A stretch of 64,000 nucleotides of DNA, taken from positions 31,970 through 95,969 of the forward strand of contig DASSXV010000025.1 in the NCBI GenBank assembly GCA_035703635.1, in the 5' to 3' direction. The translations under genes were made by a program, and so were the position numbers. Positions 49,712 to 61,657 of the stretch are shown here, piece after piece. This stretch comes from Trueperaceae bacterium (GTDB lineage Bacteria; Deinococcota; Deinococci; Deinococcales; Trueperaceae). Every line of letters starts with the position of its first letter. Within the stretch, counting starts at the first letter, position 1. The notes below the pieces were generated by a model that was not told the DNA's origin, ran no database searches, and saw only the letters and a list, made by a program, of their open reading frames with translations.

Positions 49712-52700
49712 TCAGGCCTTCGTTAGGCCGAACACCAGCTCCTCGCCCTCCAGATCGTGCTCCTCGGTGTACGCGCCCGGCGCAGGAGCGCTGAGGGCGT
49801 AGCCGGTTGCCAGCACCTCGCGGGCGATGGCCGCGCCGTGCTCCGCGATGGCAGCCGCCAGCTCCCCGCTGCCCGTGATGCTGAGGTCGATGCGGTCAGC
49901 TACGTCGAGGCCAGCGGCCTTGCGGCCGTTCTGGACGAGGCGCACGACGTCGCGCGCGAGACCCTCGCGGCGCAGCTCTGGGGTGACGCGCGTGTCAAGC
50001 GCCACGAGGTAGCCACGCCCTTCTTGCGCCGCGTACCCCTCGGGGCTGCGGGCGTCGAGGAGGAGGTCGTCGGGCTCGAGTTCGAGCGTGACGCCGTCGA
50101 GAGTCACGGCGGTGACCGCTCCGGCCCGAGTGTTGGCGGCGACTACTCGCCCATCGATCGCCTCGAGCGCCGCGCGCAACTGCGGGATGAGCTTGCCTAC
50201 GCGCTTGCCTAACCGCGGCAGGTTGGGCTTGACGCTGTAATCGACGAAGTCGTCGTTCACGTCGAGGAAGCGCACGTTCTTGACGTTCAACTCGTCGAGG
50301 AGCTGCCCTGCCAGCGCGCGGACGCCTGCTAGCTCGTCAGCGCTGCGCACGCGCACGAGCACTTCAGGCAATGGTTGCCTCAGCTTCACGCCAGACGCTG
50401 CCCTGGCCGCGCGGCCGAGTTCGACTAGGCGCATGAGGGCGCGCATGTCGCGCTGCAACTCCTCGTCGCCCTGGTTGACGGTGGCCGTTGGCCACGCGGC
50501 GAGGTGCACGCTGTTCGGCGCTTCCGGGTCGAGGTTGAGGACCAGGTTCTGGTAGAGCGCCTCGCTCGTGAACGGCGCCAGCGGCGCCATGAGCTTGGCT
50601 ATGGTGACGAGGGCCTCATGCAGGCTCGCGTAGGCGGCAAGGCTGTCGGCGTCGAGGGAGCGTTCACCGCCCTCGCCGAGTTGGCCTGAGCGCCAGAAGC
50701 GCCGCCTGTTGCGGCGCACGTACCAGTTGCTGACGTCGTCGACGAGCAAGTCGCGGATTGCGCGACTCGCCGTGGTGGGGTCGAAGTCCTCGAGCGCGGC
50801 CGTTACGACCAGCGTGACGGCGTTGACGCGCGCGACTAGCCACTGATCGACGAGGGGCCTGTCCGAAACGACGGGCGCCGCGGCCAAGTCAGGCTCCTCG
50901 AGGTTGGCGTACAACACGAAGAAGCCGTAAACGTTCCATAGCGTCATGAAGAAGTCGCGCAGCGTCTCGTCGACGAGCGCGGCGCTGAAGCGCTTCGTTG
51001 CCTCGGGCGGCGAAGCAGAGTAGAGGTACCAGCGCAGCGCGTCGGCGCCCTGCACGTCGAGGACGCTCCACGGGTCGACGGTGTTGCCACGCGACTTCGA
51101 CATCTTCTCGCCCTTGTCGTCCACGATGTGGCCAAGCACGTTGACGTTCTTGAAGGCTGACGTCGGCGGGCTCAGGTGAGCGAGCGGGCCCGGTGCGCGG
51201 CCGCTTGCCGCATCGCCAGGGTCGGTGAGGAGCGTGCCTAACGCGTGCAGAGAGTAGAACCACCCGCGCGTCTGGTCGATGGCCTCGCAGATGTAGTCGG
51301 CAGGGAAGTGCTCTGCCAGGTCACGCTTGGTCTCCGCGCTCGAGCTAGCGCCGAGGTAGTGCCACTGGGCGTAAGGCATGGCGCCCGACTCGAACCACAC
51401 GTCGACCGTGTACGGCACGCGGCGGTACAACTCGCCGCCATGCTCGAACGTCACCTCGTCGATGTACGGGCGGTGGAGGTCAAGTTCGCTCAGGTCGCGG
51501 CCCGTGAGCTTCTCCAGCTCGGCTACGGAGCCGACGCAGATCTTCTTGCTGCCGTCGGGGTTCTCCCAGATCGGCATGGGCGCGCCCCAGTAGCGTTCGC
51601 GGCTGAGGGCCCAGTCGATGTTGTTCTCGAGCCACTTCCCGAAGCGCCCGGTACGGACGTGATCCGGGTGCCAACCGATACGGTCGTTGTTGGCGAGCAG
51701 CAGGTCCTTGACGGCCGTCGTGCGGATGTACCAGCTGCGCTTCGCGACGTTCATGAGCGGCTTGTCGTCGCGCCAGTTCATGGGGTAGGCGTGCAGGATG
51801 GTGCCCGTGCGAAACATCAACCCGGCGCCCTCGAGGTCGCGCGTTATGGCCGCGTCGGCCTCCTTGAACCAAGTGCCGGTGTAGGGGCCGTCCCCGCCCG
51901 CGGGGGCGCCTTGCAGGCGCACCTCAGGCATGACCTTGCCGGTCAGGTCGACCGAGAAGATGGCGGGCAGGTCGTTGGCGCGGCCGACGTCGAGGTCACC
52001 GTAGGCGGGCGCGACGTGCACGATGCCAGTGCCGTCGGCCAGGCTGACGAAGTCGTCCGCGATGACCCTGTGCGCCTTGGCTAGGTCAGCGCCCTCACCC
52101 AAGCGGCCGCGTAGGAGGGGCAGGTAGCGGGCGCCGACGAGCGCCTCGCCCGGGACCGTCCTCAGCACCTCGTAAGTGCCCTCCGCGAACACGCTGTCCA
52201 CGAGCTGCGCGGCTAGCAGGTAGAGGTCGCTGGCGTCGGCTGGCGCGCCGTACCTAGCGGGCGCCTCGACGAGTGCGTAATCCGCGCTGCCGAGCACGGC
52301 AAGGCCCGAGTTGGCGGCGAGGGTCCACGGGGTGGTCGTCCATGCGAGGAAGTAGACGGGTCGTTCCTCCCCAACGGCGACCACGCCGCGCTCGGCTAGG
52401 TCTTCGAGCAGCGCGGGGAACTTCGGGAAGATGGACGGGTCCTCGACATCCTCCTTGTAGCCGAGCGACACCTCGTGAGAGGCGAGCGTCGTGTTGGAGG
52501 ACGGGCTGTGCCATGTCGTCTTGTAGTCCTCGACGAGCAGCCCGCGGTCGAAGAGGTCCTTCATGATCCACCAGCACGACTCCATGTACTCGTTGGAGTA
52601 CGTGATGTACGGGTCGGTGAGGTCGATCCAGAAGCCGATGCGCTCCGTCATGGCGGTCCAGTCCTGGATGTTGCTGAACACGTCGGCGCGGCACAGGGCG

Positions 52701-53050
52701 TTGAACTCAGCGATGCCGTATTCCTCGATCTGCGCCTTGTTAGTGAAGCCAAGGCGCTTCTCGATGGCGATCTCGACGGGCAGACCGTGGGTGTCCCAAC
52801 CAGCTTTGCGGCTGACGGTGTAACCCTGCATGGTCTTGAAGCGCGGGAAGAGGTCCTTGAAGGCGCGGCTGATCACGTGGTGCACGCCCGGCTTGGCGTT
52901 AGCGGTGGGTGGACCCTCGTAGAAGACCCAAGGACCTTTCGGGGCGTGGCGCTCGACCGAGCGGCGGAAGACGTCGCGCTCGCGCCATAGGTCCGTGATG
53001 CGACCCTCAAGCGCTGGGAAGTCTACGTCGCTCTTGACCTCGTCGAACAT
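49712..53050 (-). CDS. ileS: Isoleucyl-tRNA synthetase, type 2
   Basis: GPPTAN.KPGVHH, GWDTHGLP, WTTTPWTL, DQTRGWF, KMSKS and C-terminal EGLARD..R.VQ..RK (no Zn finger). RBS GAGGTGA. Confidence 0.93.
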   Translation of the reverse strand: MFDEVKSDVDFPALEGRITDLWRERDVFRRSVERHAPKGPWVFYEGPPTANAKPGVHHVISRAFKDLFPRFKTMQGYTVSRKAGWDTHGLPVEIAIEKRLGFTNKAQIEEYGIAEFNALCRADVFSNIQDWTAMTERIGFWIDLTDPYITYSNEYMESCWWIMKDLFDRGLLVEDYKTTWHSPSSNTTLASHEVSLGYKEDVEDPSIFPKFPALLEDLAERGVVAVGEERPVYFLAWTTTPWTLAANSGLAVLGSADYALVEAPARYGAPADASDLYLLAAQLVDSVFAEGTYEVLRTVPGEALVGARYLPLLRGRLGEGADLAKAHRVIADDFVSLADGTGIVHVAPAYGDLDVGRANDLPAIFSVDLTGKVMPEVRLQGAPAGGDGPYTGTWFKEADAAITRDLEGAGLMFRTGTILHAYPMNWRDDKPLMNVAKRSWYIRTTAVKDLLLANNDRIGWHPDHVRTGRFGKWLENNIDWALSRERYWGAPMPIWENPDGSKKICVGSVAELEKLTGRDLSELDLHRPYIDEVTFEHGGELYRRVPYTVDVWFESGAMPYAQWHYLGASSSAETKRDLAEHFPADYICEAIDQTRGWFYSLHALGTLLTDPGDAASGRAPGPLAHLSPPTSAFKNVNVLGHIVDDKGEKMSKSRGNTVDPWSVLDVQGADALRWYLYSASPPEATKRFSAALVDETLRDFFMTLWNVYGFFVLYANLEEPDLAAAPVVSDRPLVDQWLVARVNAVTLVVTAALEDFDPTTASRAIRDLLVDDVSNWYVRRNRRRFWRSGQLGEGGERSLDADSLAAYASLHEALVTIAKLMAPLAPFTSEALYQNLVLNLDPEAPNSVHLAAWPTATVNQGDEELQRDMRALMRLVELGRAARAASGVKLRQPLPEVLVRVRSADELAGVRALAGQLLDELNVKNVRFLDVNDDFVDYSVKPNLPRLGKRVGKLIPQLRAALEAIDGRVVAANTRAGAVTAVTLDGVTLELEPDDLLLDARSPEGYAAQEGRGYLVALDTRVTPELRREGLARDVVRLVQNGRKAAGLDVADRIDLSITGSGELAAAIAEHGAAIAREVLATGYALSAPAPGAYTEEHDLEGEELVFGLTKA

Positions 53051-53099
53051 GGGTGTCACCTCGGTGCCGACGGCTGCCGCTGCGAAGGCCGCGCGTGAG

Positions 53100-53392
53100 A
53101 GCACGGGGCCGAAGCCGAACAGCCGTTGGGGCGCATCGGGAGCGCGGTACCACCCAACTTCGCCGTACGCCGAACAGGCGCCGGCCTCCGTGGCCGCACG
53201 CCGAAGCGAACGACCTGGCGCTGTAGCGGGCGCCGCCCGGCTCCGTCTACTGCCGCAGGCTGCGCGCATGCAGCAGTGCGGGTTCGGGGAGCGGCTCGGG
53301 GAGGATACCTACCGCGCTTGCCTGCCGCCGGGCTTCCACCGTCTCCGGCTCGCTATTGGGGGCGTGGCGCGTGGCTTGTTCCCGTCATCGCC
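53100..53392 (-). promoter_or_regulatory. T-box riboswitch (Ile) upstream of ileS
   Basis: GCGATGACGGGAAC start, AGCGAGCCGG/GGTGGAAGCCCGG stem I elements, candidate ATC specifier, and T-box AAGTTGGGTGGTACCGCG at 53143-53160. Confidence 0.88.
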
Positions 53393-53472
53393 TGACTTGC
53401 GGATGCGCGCAGCGCGCTGGTGCGCGTGGCGCGCGCTAGTGACCGTTGTCACGCTCTCCGCAGCACGAACAC

Positions 53473-53501
53473 TTTACAACGAGCAGTGTCGGCGCTAAAC
53501 T
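53473..53501 (+). promoter_or_regulatory. Candidate rho promoter
   Basis: TTTACA-N17-TAAACT. Confidence 0.5.
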
Positions 53502-53815
53502 CAAACCTAGCAGCAGGCATGGGGCACGTCAAGAAGCGCTGTTGCTACCCCTAAGGACAACCGGAACAAGCTCGCGCGGAACCGTCCGCATATTGCCGGG
53601 ACCAGATCGTTCACGTTGGCCAAGTGCCCACCCGCCTGTTAGCTGCTCAGTATGTGTTGGTTGCCAACGCCTCGCTTCAGCGGGCTTAATCAATAGAAGT
53701 AGTTAGTTGGCACCGTCGATTGTATTGAAGATTGATTCTGCTAGTACTGCAAGTCGTTGGCCCCACTCGTGAGGGTCGGCGGCGGATACCAGAAGTTAGT
53801 TGGAACGGAGTTCGG

Positions 53816-55488
<1,673 letters not shown>

Positions 55489-55489
<1 letters not shown>

Positions 55490-56052
55490 TGACCGTGCGG
55501 GCGCGGGTGCTTGGTGGCGCCCTCGCCCTAACCTTGGTCTTCGGGGGCGCGGCTGCCGCCGAGCCGCAGAGCACAGCAGACGTACGCGACGGCCTGAGGC
55601 GGGAGCAGTTGGCGCTCATGCCACGGGCCGTCGAAGCGCTCGCGTTCCTCGACTGGGGCGCAAGCGGTTTCGCGGCGCCCGTGGTGGGTCGTGTCTCGTC
55701 AGGGTTCGGTTGGCGCAACGTCAGCGTGAACGGCAACCGCTATCACGGCGGCCTAGACGTCGCGGCGCCCATGGGCACGCAGGTCAAGGCCGCGCGTTCC
55801 GGCGTGGTGACGTTGGCGGGCTGGTGGGGTACATACGGCAACGTCGTGGTCCTTGACCACGGCGACGGCAGCGAAACGCGGTACGCGCACCTCAGCGTCG
55901 TAGCCGTGCGCGTCGGCCAGGCCCTCCGCCAGGGAGACGTTCTCGGTCAGGTCGGCAGCACCGGCGCCTCCACAGGCCCGCACTTGCACTTCGAGGTGCG
56001 CTTCGATGGCCGCGCCGTTGACCCGCTGCCTTACCTGCAGGGGCAGAAGTGA
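55489..56052 (+). CDS. M23-family metallopeptidase, exported
   Basis: Signal peptide; HGGLD, YAHL and STGPHLHFE motifs; TGATG coupling to rho. Confidence 0.88.
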
Positions 56053-56259
56053 CAGCTTGCGCCCGTGGCTGGAGGAGAACGTCAGCCGCGGCGCACCCGT
56101 GGCGCGGCGGCCCGGTTACGCTTACGACCGAGGCGGCAGGCGCCGCTCTGCGACTGCGGTCCTGGCGCTGGTGGCTCGGGAGTCCATAATCCGGAATGGT
56201 TCCGAACTAGGCTATTGTAGGATGGTGGCAGGCGCACTGCGCTAGTGAGAGGTTCTGGT

Positions 56260-56709
56260 ATGTGGGTATCTACCAAAGCTCAGTATGGGATGAGGGCTCT
56301 AGTCGAGGTCGCTCTCGGCGGTAGTGAGCCAACCAGCCTCAAGACCGTCGCGGAGCGGCAGTTGTTGAGCCACCAGTACCTCGAGCAGATCTTCTCGGTG
56401 CTGCGCCGCGCCGGGATCGTCGAGTCCGTACGCGGAGCCCACGGCGGTTACCGCCTGGCGCGGCCTCTAGAAGAGATAGACACCCTTGAAGTAGTCGAGC
56501 TGCTAGAGGGCAGCGTCGCCCCGGTCAGCTGCATCGTCGACGCAGCCAACTGCGTGCGCGTAGGAATGTGCTCGACCGAGAGCCTGTGGCGCCGCGTTGA
56601 CGCCGCCGTCAGGCAAGTCCTACGGTCGACCACGCTGGCCGACCTCGTTCAGCAACGGCGCCTGCTAGGCATCCAGCCGCTCCCGCAGTTCCTTGGCCGC
56701 GACGACTGA
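56260..56709 (+). CDS. Rrf2-family regulator (IscR-like, three Cys)
   Basis: YLEQI, SVRGAHGGY.L and C-X6-C-X5-C motifs. Confidence 0.88.
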   Translation: MWVSTKAQYGMRALVEVALGGSEPTSLKTVAERQLLSHQYLEQIFSVLRRAGIVESVRGAHGGYRLARPLEEIDTLEVVELLEGSVAPVSCIVDAANCVRVGMCSTESLWRRVDAAVRQVLRSTTLADLVQQRRLLGIQPLPQFLGRDD

Positions 56710-56720
56710 CGTCACGTAGC

Positions 56721-57890
56721 GTGCCTAACGCGACCAAACCGCTTTACTTAGATCACGCCGCCACCACCCCGATCGCCGAGGAGGTGCTTGGTGCGATGTT
56801 GCCGTACCTGCGGTCGGAGTTCGGTAACCCGAGCAGCGTGCACCGGCTAGGTCAGGCGGCCCGCAAGGCCATCGAGGGCGCGCGCGAGTCCGTCGCCGAC
56901 ACGCTGGCGGTGAGGCCGAGGCAGGTCGTGTTCACTTCCGGAGCAACCGAGGCGGACAACCAGGCGTTGTTCTCGCTGATGGCGGCCCGCACTGGCGGGC
57001 TGATCGTCAGCGCAGTGGAGCATGCCGCCGTGATAGCCGCCGCCGAGCGGTTGCAGGCGGCAGGCAGGCACGTGGCGTTCGTGGCACCGGACGCGGACGG
57101 CGTCGTGCAACTAGCGGCCTGGGAGGCAGCGCTACGCGCGCAGGCGCTTACCGGCGGCACCGCACTCGTGGCCGGCATGCTCGTCAACAACGAGTCTGGC
57201 GTCCTGACTGACGCTGCCGCCCTCGCCGAACTAGCGCACGATCACGGCGCCCTCTACTTGTGCGACGCGGTGCAGGGTTACGGAGTCGAGGCTTTCACGT
57301 TGGGCAGCCTCGGTGCAGACGTCCTGACGCTCTCTGCCCACAAGATCTACGGCCCGAAGGGCGTAGGCGCATTGGTGATGCGCGAGGGACTCGAGGTCGC
57401 GCCGCTGCTGGCAGGTGGGGAACAGGAGCGCGGTCACCGACCAGGTACCCACGCGGTTCCAGCCATCGTCGGGTTCGGGGTGGCGGCCACCCTGGCGGCA
57501 AACGGCCGCGCGGCTGAGCGCGAGAGGCTGGCGGCCATCCAGCGGGAGTTCGAGGCGGCGGCGCTCGCCCTGCCAGGCGTCACCCTCAACGCAGGCGCTG
57601 CCCCGCGCAGCGTGAAGCACACGAACTTGAGGGTGACGGGGGCGGACGGCGAGACGCTGCTCATGCTCCTCGACGAGGCCGGCGTGTACGCCAGCGCTGG
57701 CTCCGCCTGCGCTGCGGGCAGCGTTGAGCCGAGCCACGTGCTCATCGCCATGGGCCTAGGGCGCGCAGAGGCCAAGGCGAGCGTGCGCTTCAGTTACGGC
57801 AAGGCCATAGAAGTCAGCGACGTGAGCGCAGCAACCGGGCGGCTAGCGGCGGCCCTTGACAAAGCGCGCGCAGTGGGCGTGCGCGGCTAA
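56721..57890 (+). CDS. Cysteine desulfurase (IscS/NifS group I)
   Basis: YLDHAATTP, TSGATE, SAHKIYGPKG and SAGSAC motifs. Confidence 0.9.
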   Translation: MPNATKPLYLDHAATTPIAEEVLGAMLPYLRSEFGNPSSVHRLGQAARKAIEGARESVADTLAVRPRQVVFTSGATEADNQALFSLMAARTGGLIVSAVEHAAVIAAAERLQAAGRHVAFVAPDADGVVQLAAWEAALRAQALTGGTALVAGMLVNNESGVLTDAAALAELAHDHGALYLCDAVQGYGVEAFTLGSLGADVLTLSAHKIYGPKGVGALVMREGLEVAPLLAGGEQERGHRPGTHAVPAIVGFGVAATLAANGRAAERERLAAIQREFEAAALALPGVTLNAGAAPRSVKHTNLRVTGADGETLLMLLDEAGVYASAGSACAAGSVEPSHVLIAMGLGRAEAKASVRFSYGKAIEVSDVSAATGRLAAALDKARAVGVRG

Positions 57891-57906
57891 CTGCCCACCA
57901 CGGCGG

Positions 57907-59106
57907 TCAGGCGCTCTTGCGCGCCTGGACGCTGGTGAGGAGGCGCGTGGAGTCGTCGAGGTCCTCGAGGTCGATGTGGAGTTGCGTAATGCCGCTGCCG
58001 GGCACCTCGAACATGAGGGGCAGCAGAGAGCGCTCCAGCACGGAGCGCAACGCGCGCGCGCCCGTCTTTCGGGCCTTCGCGCGGCGTGCGACCTCTTCGA
58101 GGGCGCGCGGGGTGAAGGTGAGCTGCACGTCGTCGAACCCGAACAGCGTTTGGTACTGACGCACGAGCGCGTTACGCGGTTGCGTCAGCACTGCCACTAG
58201 GGCGTCGAGGCTCAACTCGTGGAGCTGCACGACGACGGGCAGGCGCCCGATGAGTTCGGGGATGAGTCCGAAGGTCATCAGGTCCTCAGGCAGCACTTCG
58301 GAGTCGGTAGTGGCGTCCGGCGCCCTTGACGGCTGGAAGCCGACGGGCGACACGTCGATGCGGCGCTTGAGGATGTCCGTTAGCCCCTCGAACGCACCGC
58401 CGCAGATGAACAAGATGTTGCTCGTGTCAACGTCGATGAGTTCCTGGTGCGGGTGCTTGCGGCCGCCCTGAGGCGGAACGTGCGTCACGGTGCCCTCGAT
58501 GATCTTGAGGAGCGCCTGCTGCACGCCTTCGCCGCTGACGTCGCGGGTGATGGAAGGGCCCTCAGACTTGCGGCCGATCTTGTCGATCTCGTCTACGTAG
58601 ATGATGCCGCGTTCGGCGGCTGCCACGTCGTAGTTAGCCACTTGGAGCAGGCGCAGGATGATGTTCTCAACGTCGTCGCCGACGTAACCGGCCTCCGTCA
58701 AGGTCGTGGCGTCCGCTATGGCGAACGGAACGTCCAAGGTGCGCGCCAGGGTCTGGGCAAGCAGCGTCTTGCCAGTACCGGAGGGACCGATCAGCAGGAC
58801 GTTGCTCTTCTGCAGCTCGCTGTTCGGGTTGGCGATGCGGCGCGAATGGTTGTAAACCGCCACCGCAAGGGTGCGTTTCGCCTCGTCCTGCTCCACCACG
58901 AACGCGTCGAGTTCCTTCTTTATCTCCCGGGGCGCCAAGGTCGGGAAGTCGTGAGGGGCGACCTCGGGTGTGACGGCCTCCGCCACCACGTCGTGAACGC
59001 GGTTGGCGCACTGGTCGCAGATGTGCGCCCCGCCGCCCGGCGCGGCGACCAAGAAACGCACCTCGGTGTGCGAGCGGCCGCAGAAACTGCAGTGAGTGGC
59101 AGTCAC
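57907..59106 (-). CDS. clpX: ATP-dependent Clp protease ATP-binding subunit
   Basis: CSFC...ICDQC Zn finger, [22 protein letters not shown] and RKH motifs. Confidence 0.95.
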   Translation of the reverse strand: MTATHCSFCGRSHTEVRFLVAAPGGGAHICDQCANRVHDVVAEAVTPEVAPHDFPTLAPREIKKELDAFVVEQDEAKRTLAVAVYNHSRRIANPNSELQKSNVLLIGPSGTGKTLLAQTLARTLDVPFAIADATTLTEAGYVGDDVENIILRLLQVANYDVAAAERGIIYVDEIDKIGRKSEGPSITRDVSGEGVQQALLKIIEGTVTHVPPQGGRKHPHQELIDVDTSNILFICGGAFEGLTDILKRRIDVSPVGFQPSRAPDATTDSEVLPEDLMTFGLIPELIGRLPVVVQLHELSLDALVAVLTQPRNALVRQYQTLFGFDDVQLTFTPRALEEVARRAKARKTGARALRSVLERSLLPLMFEVPGSGITQLHIDLEDLDDSTRLLTSVQARKSA

Positions 59107-59720
59107 TACTTGCCCTCGCCGCCGAAACGCCCGCTGCCGCGCGGCTCGACTACGCTGTCGATGAGGCCGTACGCCAGCGCCTGCTGGGGTGACATGAAGT
59201 TGTCGCGGTCCATGTCTGCCCGCAAGCGCGCAGCGGGCACGCCCGTATGAAGCTCGTAGACCTGCTCGAGCATGCCGCGGATGTCTTGGAACTCGCGGGC
59301 CTGCACCTCGAGGTCGGGGAGGCTGGAGCGTGGGAAACCAGCGGAGCCAGCGTGGATCATGATGCGGCTATGCGGAAGGGCGACGCGGTGGCCCTTGGCG
59401 CCGGCCGTGAGGATGAGCGACCCCATTGACATGGCGATCCCGACGCAGTTCGTGTGAACCGGCGCGGAGATGTACTGCATGACGTCGTAGATGGCCATGC
59501 CTGCGTACACCTCCCCGCCTGGGCTGTTGATGAACATGTTGATGGGCTGCTCGTTCGACTGCGAGTCGAGGAGCAGCAGCTGCGCGGTGACGACGTTGGC
59601 CACTTCCGCGTCGATGGCCGAGCCGAGGAAGATGATGCGCTCCTTGAGCAGGCGGCTGAAGACGTCGTAAGTGCGCTCACCACGCCCGGTCTGCTCGATG
59701 ACGTAAGGAATCAGCGGCAT
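59106..59720 (-). CDS. clpP: Clp protease proteolytic subunit
   Basis: INSPGG, AMSMGS, IMIH and RDNFM catalytic motifs. Confidence 0.94.
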   Translation of the reverse strand: MPLIPYVIEQTGRGERTYDVFSRLLKERIIFLGSAIDAEVANVVTAQLLLLDSQSNEQPINMFINSPGGEVYAGMAIYDVMQYISAPVHTNCVGIAMSMGSLILTAGAKGHRVALPHSRIMIHAGSAGFPRSSLPDLEVQAREFQDIRGMLEQVYELHTGVPAARLRADMDRDNFMSPQQALAYGLIDSVVEPRGSGRFGGEGK

Positions 59721-59784
59721 TGTGCCTTCAGCCTAGCACCGGTCGGCGGCAGGCCTGCGTTCGCTGACGCCAATCGCCTAGCGC

Positions 59785-61179
59785 TCAGTGCCCGTGCCCC
59801 TCGTGATCACCGTGGTCGTGGTGGTGCTCGTGTTCGTGTTCGTCACCTAGTTCGTCGTCGACGAGGTCGGCGGCCTCCGCCGCGTCCTCGAGGTCGTACT
59901 CGTCGGCGGCGACGACTTCCTCACCGCTGAGCTCCGCGATGAACTCACGCAGCGCCTTGTCGCGGCGCATGAAGAAGCGGTAGTTGGCGAGGTAGTCGGC
60001 GCCCATGTCGCGCTCGAGGCGGCCGACGTCCACGCCGCGTGACTCGGCAAGAGTCTTGATGGCGGCCTGGTACTCGACGTCGGTCACATCAGTGCCGCGG
60101 ACCTCCATGAGCCGCTCGAGGACGAGGTCGCGCCGCACGCCGTTCTCGGCCGACTCCGTCAGTTCCTTCTCGAACTCCTCGCGCTTGCCGCGCTCTTCCA
60201 GGCGGTCGAGGTAACGCTGCAGCGTCACGCCCTGTTGGCTGAGGTCCTGCACGACGTCTTGGAGTAGGGTGCGCTGCCTGCGGCGCACGAGGCTGGCCGG
60301 CAAGTCCAGCTTCGAGCCAGCGACGAGCTTGTTGACGACCTCGTCGCGGCGCGCTTCCTGAGTCGAGCGGCGAGCGTCCGCTTCGAGGCTTTCGCGCACG
60401 CGCTCGCGTAGCTCGGCACCCGTCGTGAAACCAAGTTGCATCCCGAGTTCGTCATCGTCGGCCGGGAGTTCCTTGCCCTTGACGTCCACGACGCGCAACT
60501 TCAGGTTGGAGACGACCGGGTTGCCTGCTTCGTCCTCGACGTTGGTGTCCGTCAGTGAAACGTCGACGATGTCGCCGATCGACTTGCCGAGGAGCTGGCC
60601 CTTCAACTCGTCACCAGCGCGGTCGAGATGGATGGGGAAGGTCGAGGCCTCGTCGGCCTGCTCATCGCCAGTGACGTGGCCGACCAGCAGCCAGTCGTTG
60701 TCCTCGACGGGTCGCTCGACCGGTACGAGTGTGGCGTTCTCGAGGCCGAGGCGCTTGATGGCCTCGTCGACATCGGCGTCGCTCACGACCGTCGCCTGAG
60801 TGTCGAGCTTGATGCTAGCGAGGTCGGGCAGCTCGACGTCTGGGTAGACGTCGGCGTGAACCGTGTACTCGAACTCCTGCCCGCGCACCGCGCCGTCTGC
60901 ATGGAAATGAGCGTCGATGGGGAAGAGCTCGAGTTCCTTCATGGCGTCTGGGTATGACTCGTCGACGAGGGCGTCACGCACTTCTTGAGCGAGGACCTCC
61001 TCGCCAACGCGCTTCTCGAGGACGCCGCGCGGGGCCTTGCCAGGCCGGAAGCCGGGCACCTTTACGGTGCGGGAGAGACTCGTGAGCACACGCTCGAAAG
61101 CGGCGTCTACGGTGTCGGCGTCTACGCGCACGTTCACCGTGACGCTGACCCCCTGCTTCTCTACGACTCTGGCTTCCAT
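59785..61179 (-). CDS. tig: Trigger factor
   Basis: PGFRPGKAP ribosome-binding signature; position upstream of clpP-clpX; RBS AAGGAG. Confidence 0.9.
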   Translation of the reverse strand: MEARVVEKQGVSVTVNVRVDADTVDAAFERVLTSLSRTVKVPGFRPGKAPRGVLEKRVGEEVLAQEVRDALVDESYPDAMKELELFPIDAHFHADGAVRGQEFEYTVHADVYPDVELPDLASIKLDTQATVVSDADVDEAIKRLGLENATLVPVERPVEDNDWLLVGHVTGDEQADEASTFPIHLDRAGDELKGQLLGKSIGDIVDVSLTDTNVEDEAGNPVVSNLKLRVVDVKGKELPADDDELGMQLGFTTGAELRERVRESLEADARRSTQEARRDEVVNKLVAGSKLDLPASLVRRRQRTLLQDVVQDLSQQGVTLQRYLDRLEERGKREEFEKELTESAENGVRRDLVLERLMEVRGTDVTDVEYQAAIKTLAESRGVDVGRLERDMGADYLANYRFFMRRDKALREFIAELSGEEVVAADEYDLEDAAEAADLVDDELGDEHEHEHHHDHGDHEGHGH

Positions 61180-61263
61180 GGTTCTCCTTATGGCCGTTCA
61201 CGCTGCGCGGCTGGCTGCCGCACGGTGGGTTCTAGCGCCGCGCGCCACGCATTCGACGCGCCA

Positions 61264-61293
61264 AAAGATAGCGGCAAGCTCGGGGCTTGCCGC
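61264..61293 (-). terminator. Terminator after the tRNA pair
   Basis: GCGGCAAGC-N5-GCTTGCCGC followed by TATCTTTT. Confidence 0.65.
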
Positions 61294-61295
61294 GG

Positions 61296-61379
61296 TGGTG
61301 CGAGGAGCGGGACTTGAACCCGCACGGCTAGGCCACTAGATCCTAAGTCTAGCGCGTCTACCAGTTCCGCCATCCTCGC
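61296..61379 (-). tRNA. tRNA-Leu (TAG)
   Basis: GCGAGGA/TCCTCGC acceptor, CTAGA-CTTAGGA-TCTAG anticodon arm, variable arm, CCA. Confidence 0.95.
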
Positions 61380-61481
61380 GCGGAGGCGCCCACGGCCCCT
61401 GATGGGCTGTCTTACCTGCGCCGTTAAGTAGAGGGCGGGTCGCCAAGGCTGGCCCGCCCTCGTCGCGGGGCTTACCCCCTC

Positions 61482-61559
61482 TGGGGTGGATGATGGGATT
61501 TGAACCCACGACACCCGGAACCACAATCCGGTGCTCTAACCAGCTGAGCTACACCCACC
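61482..61559 (-). tRNA. tRNA-His (GTG)
   Basis: CCGGA-TTGTGGT-TCCGG anticodon arm, encoded G-1:C73 pair, CCA. Confidence 0.95.
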
Positions 61560-61657
61560 GCGCAGGCGCATGCGAGACCAGGGGCCTCGCGAGGCCGAAC
61601 GAAAGATTACCGCGTATCGGGGCAGTTTGCCTAGTCCGCGCAGTGCCGGGGTGCTAG

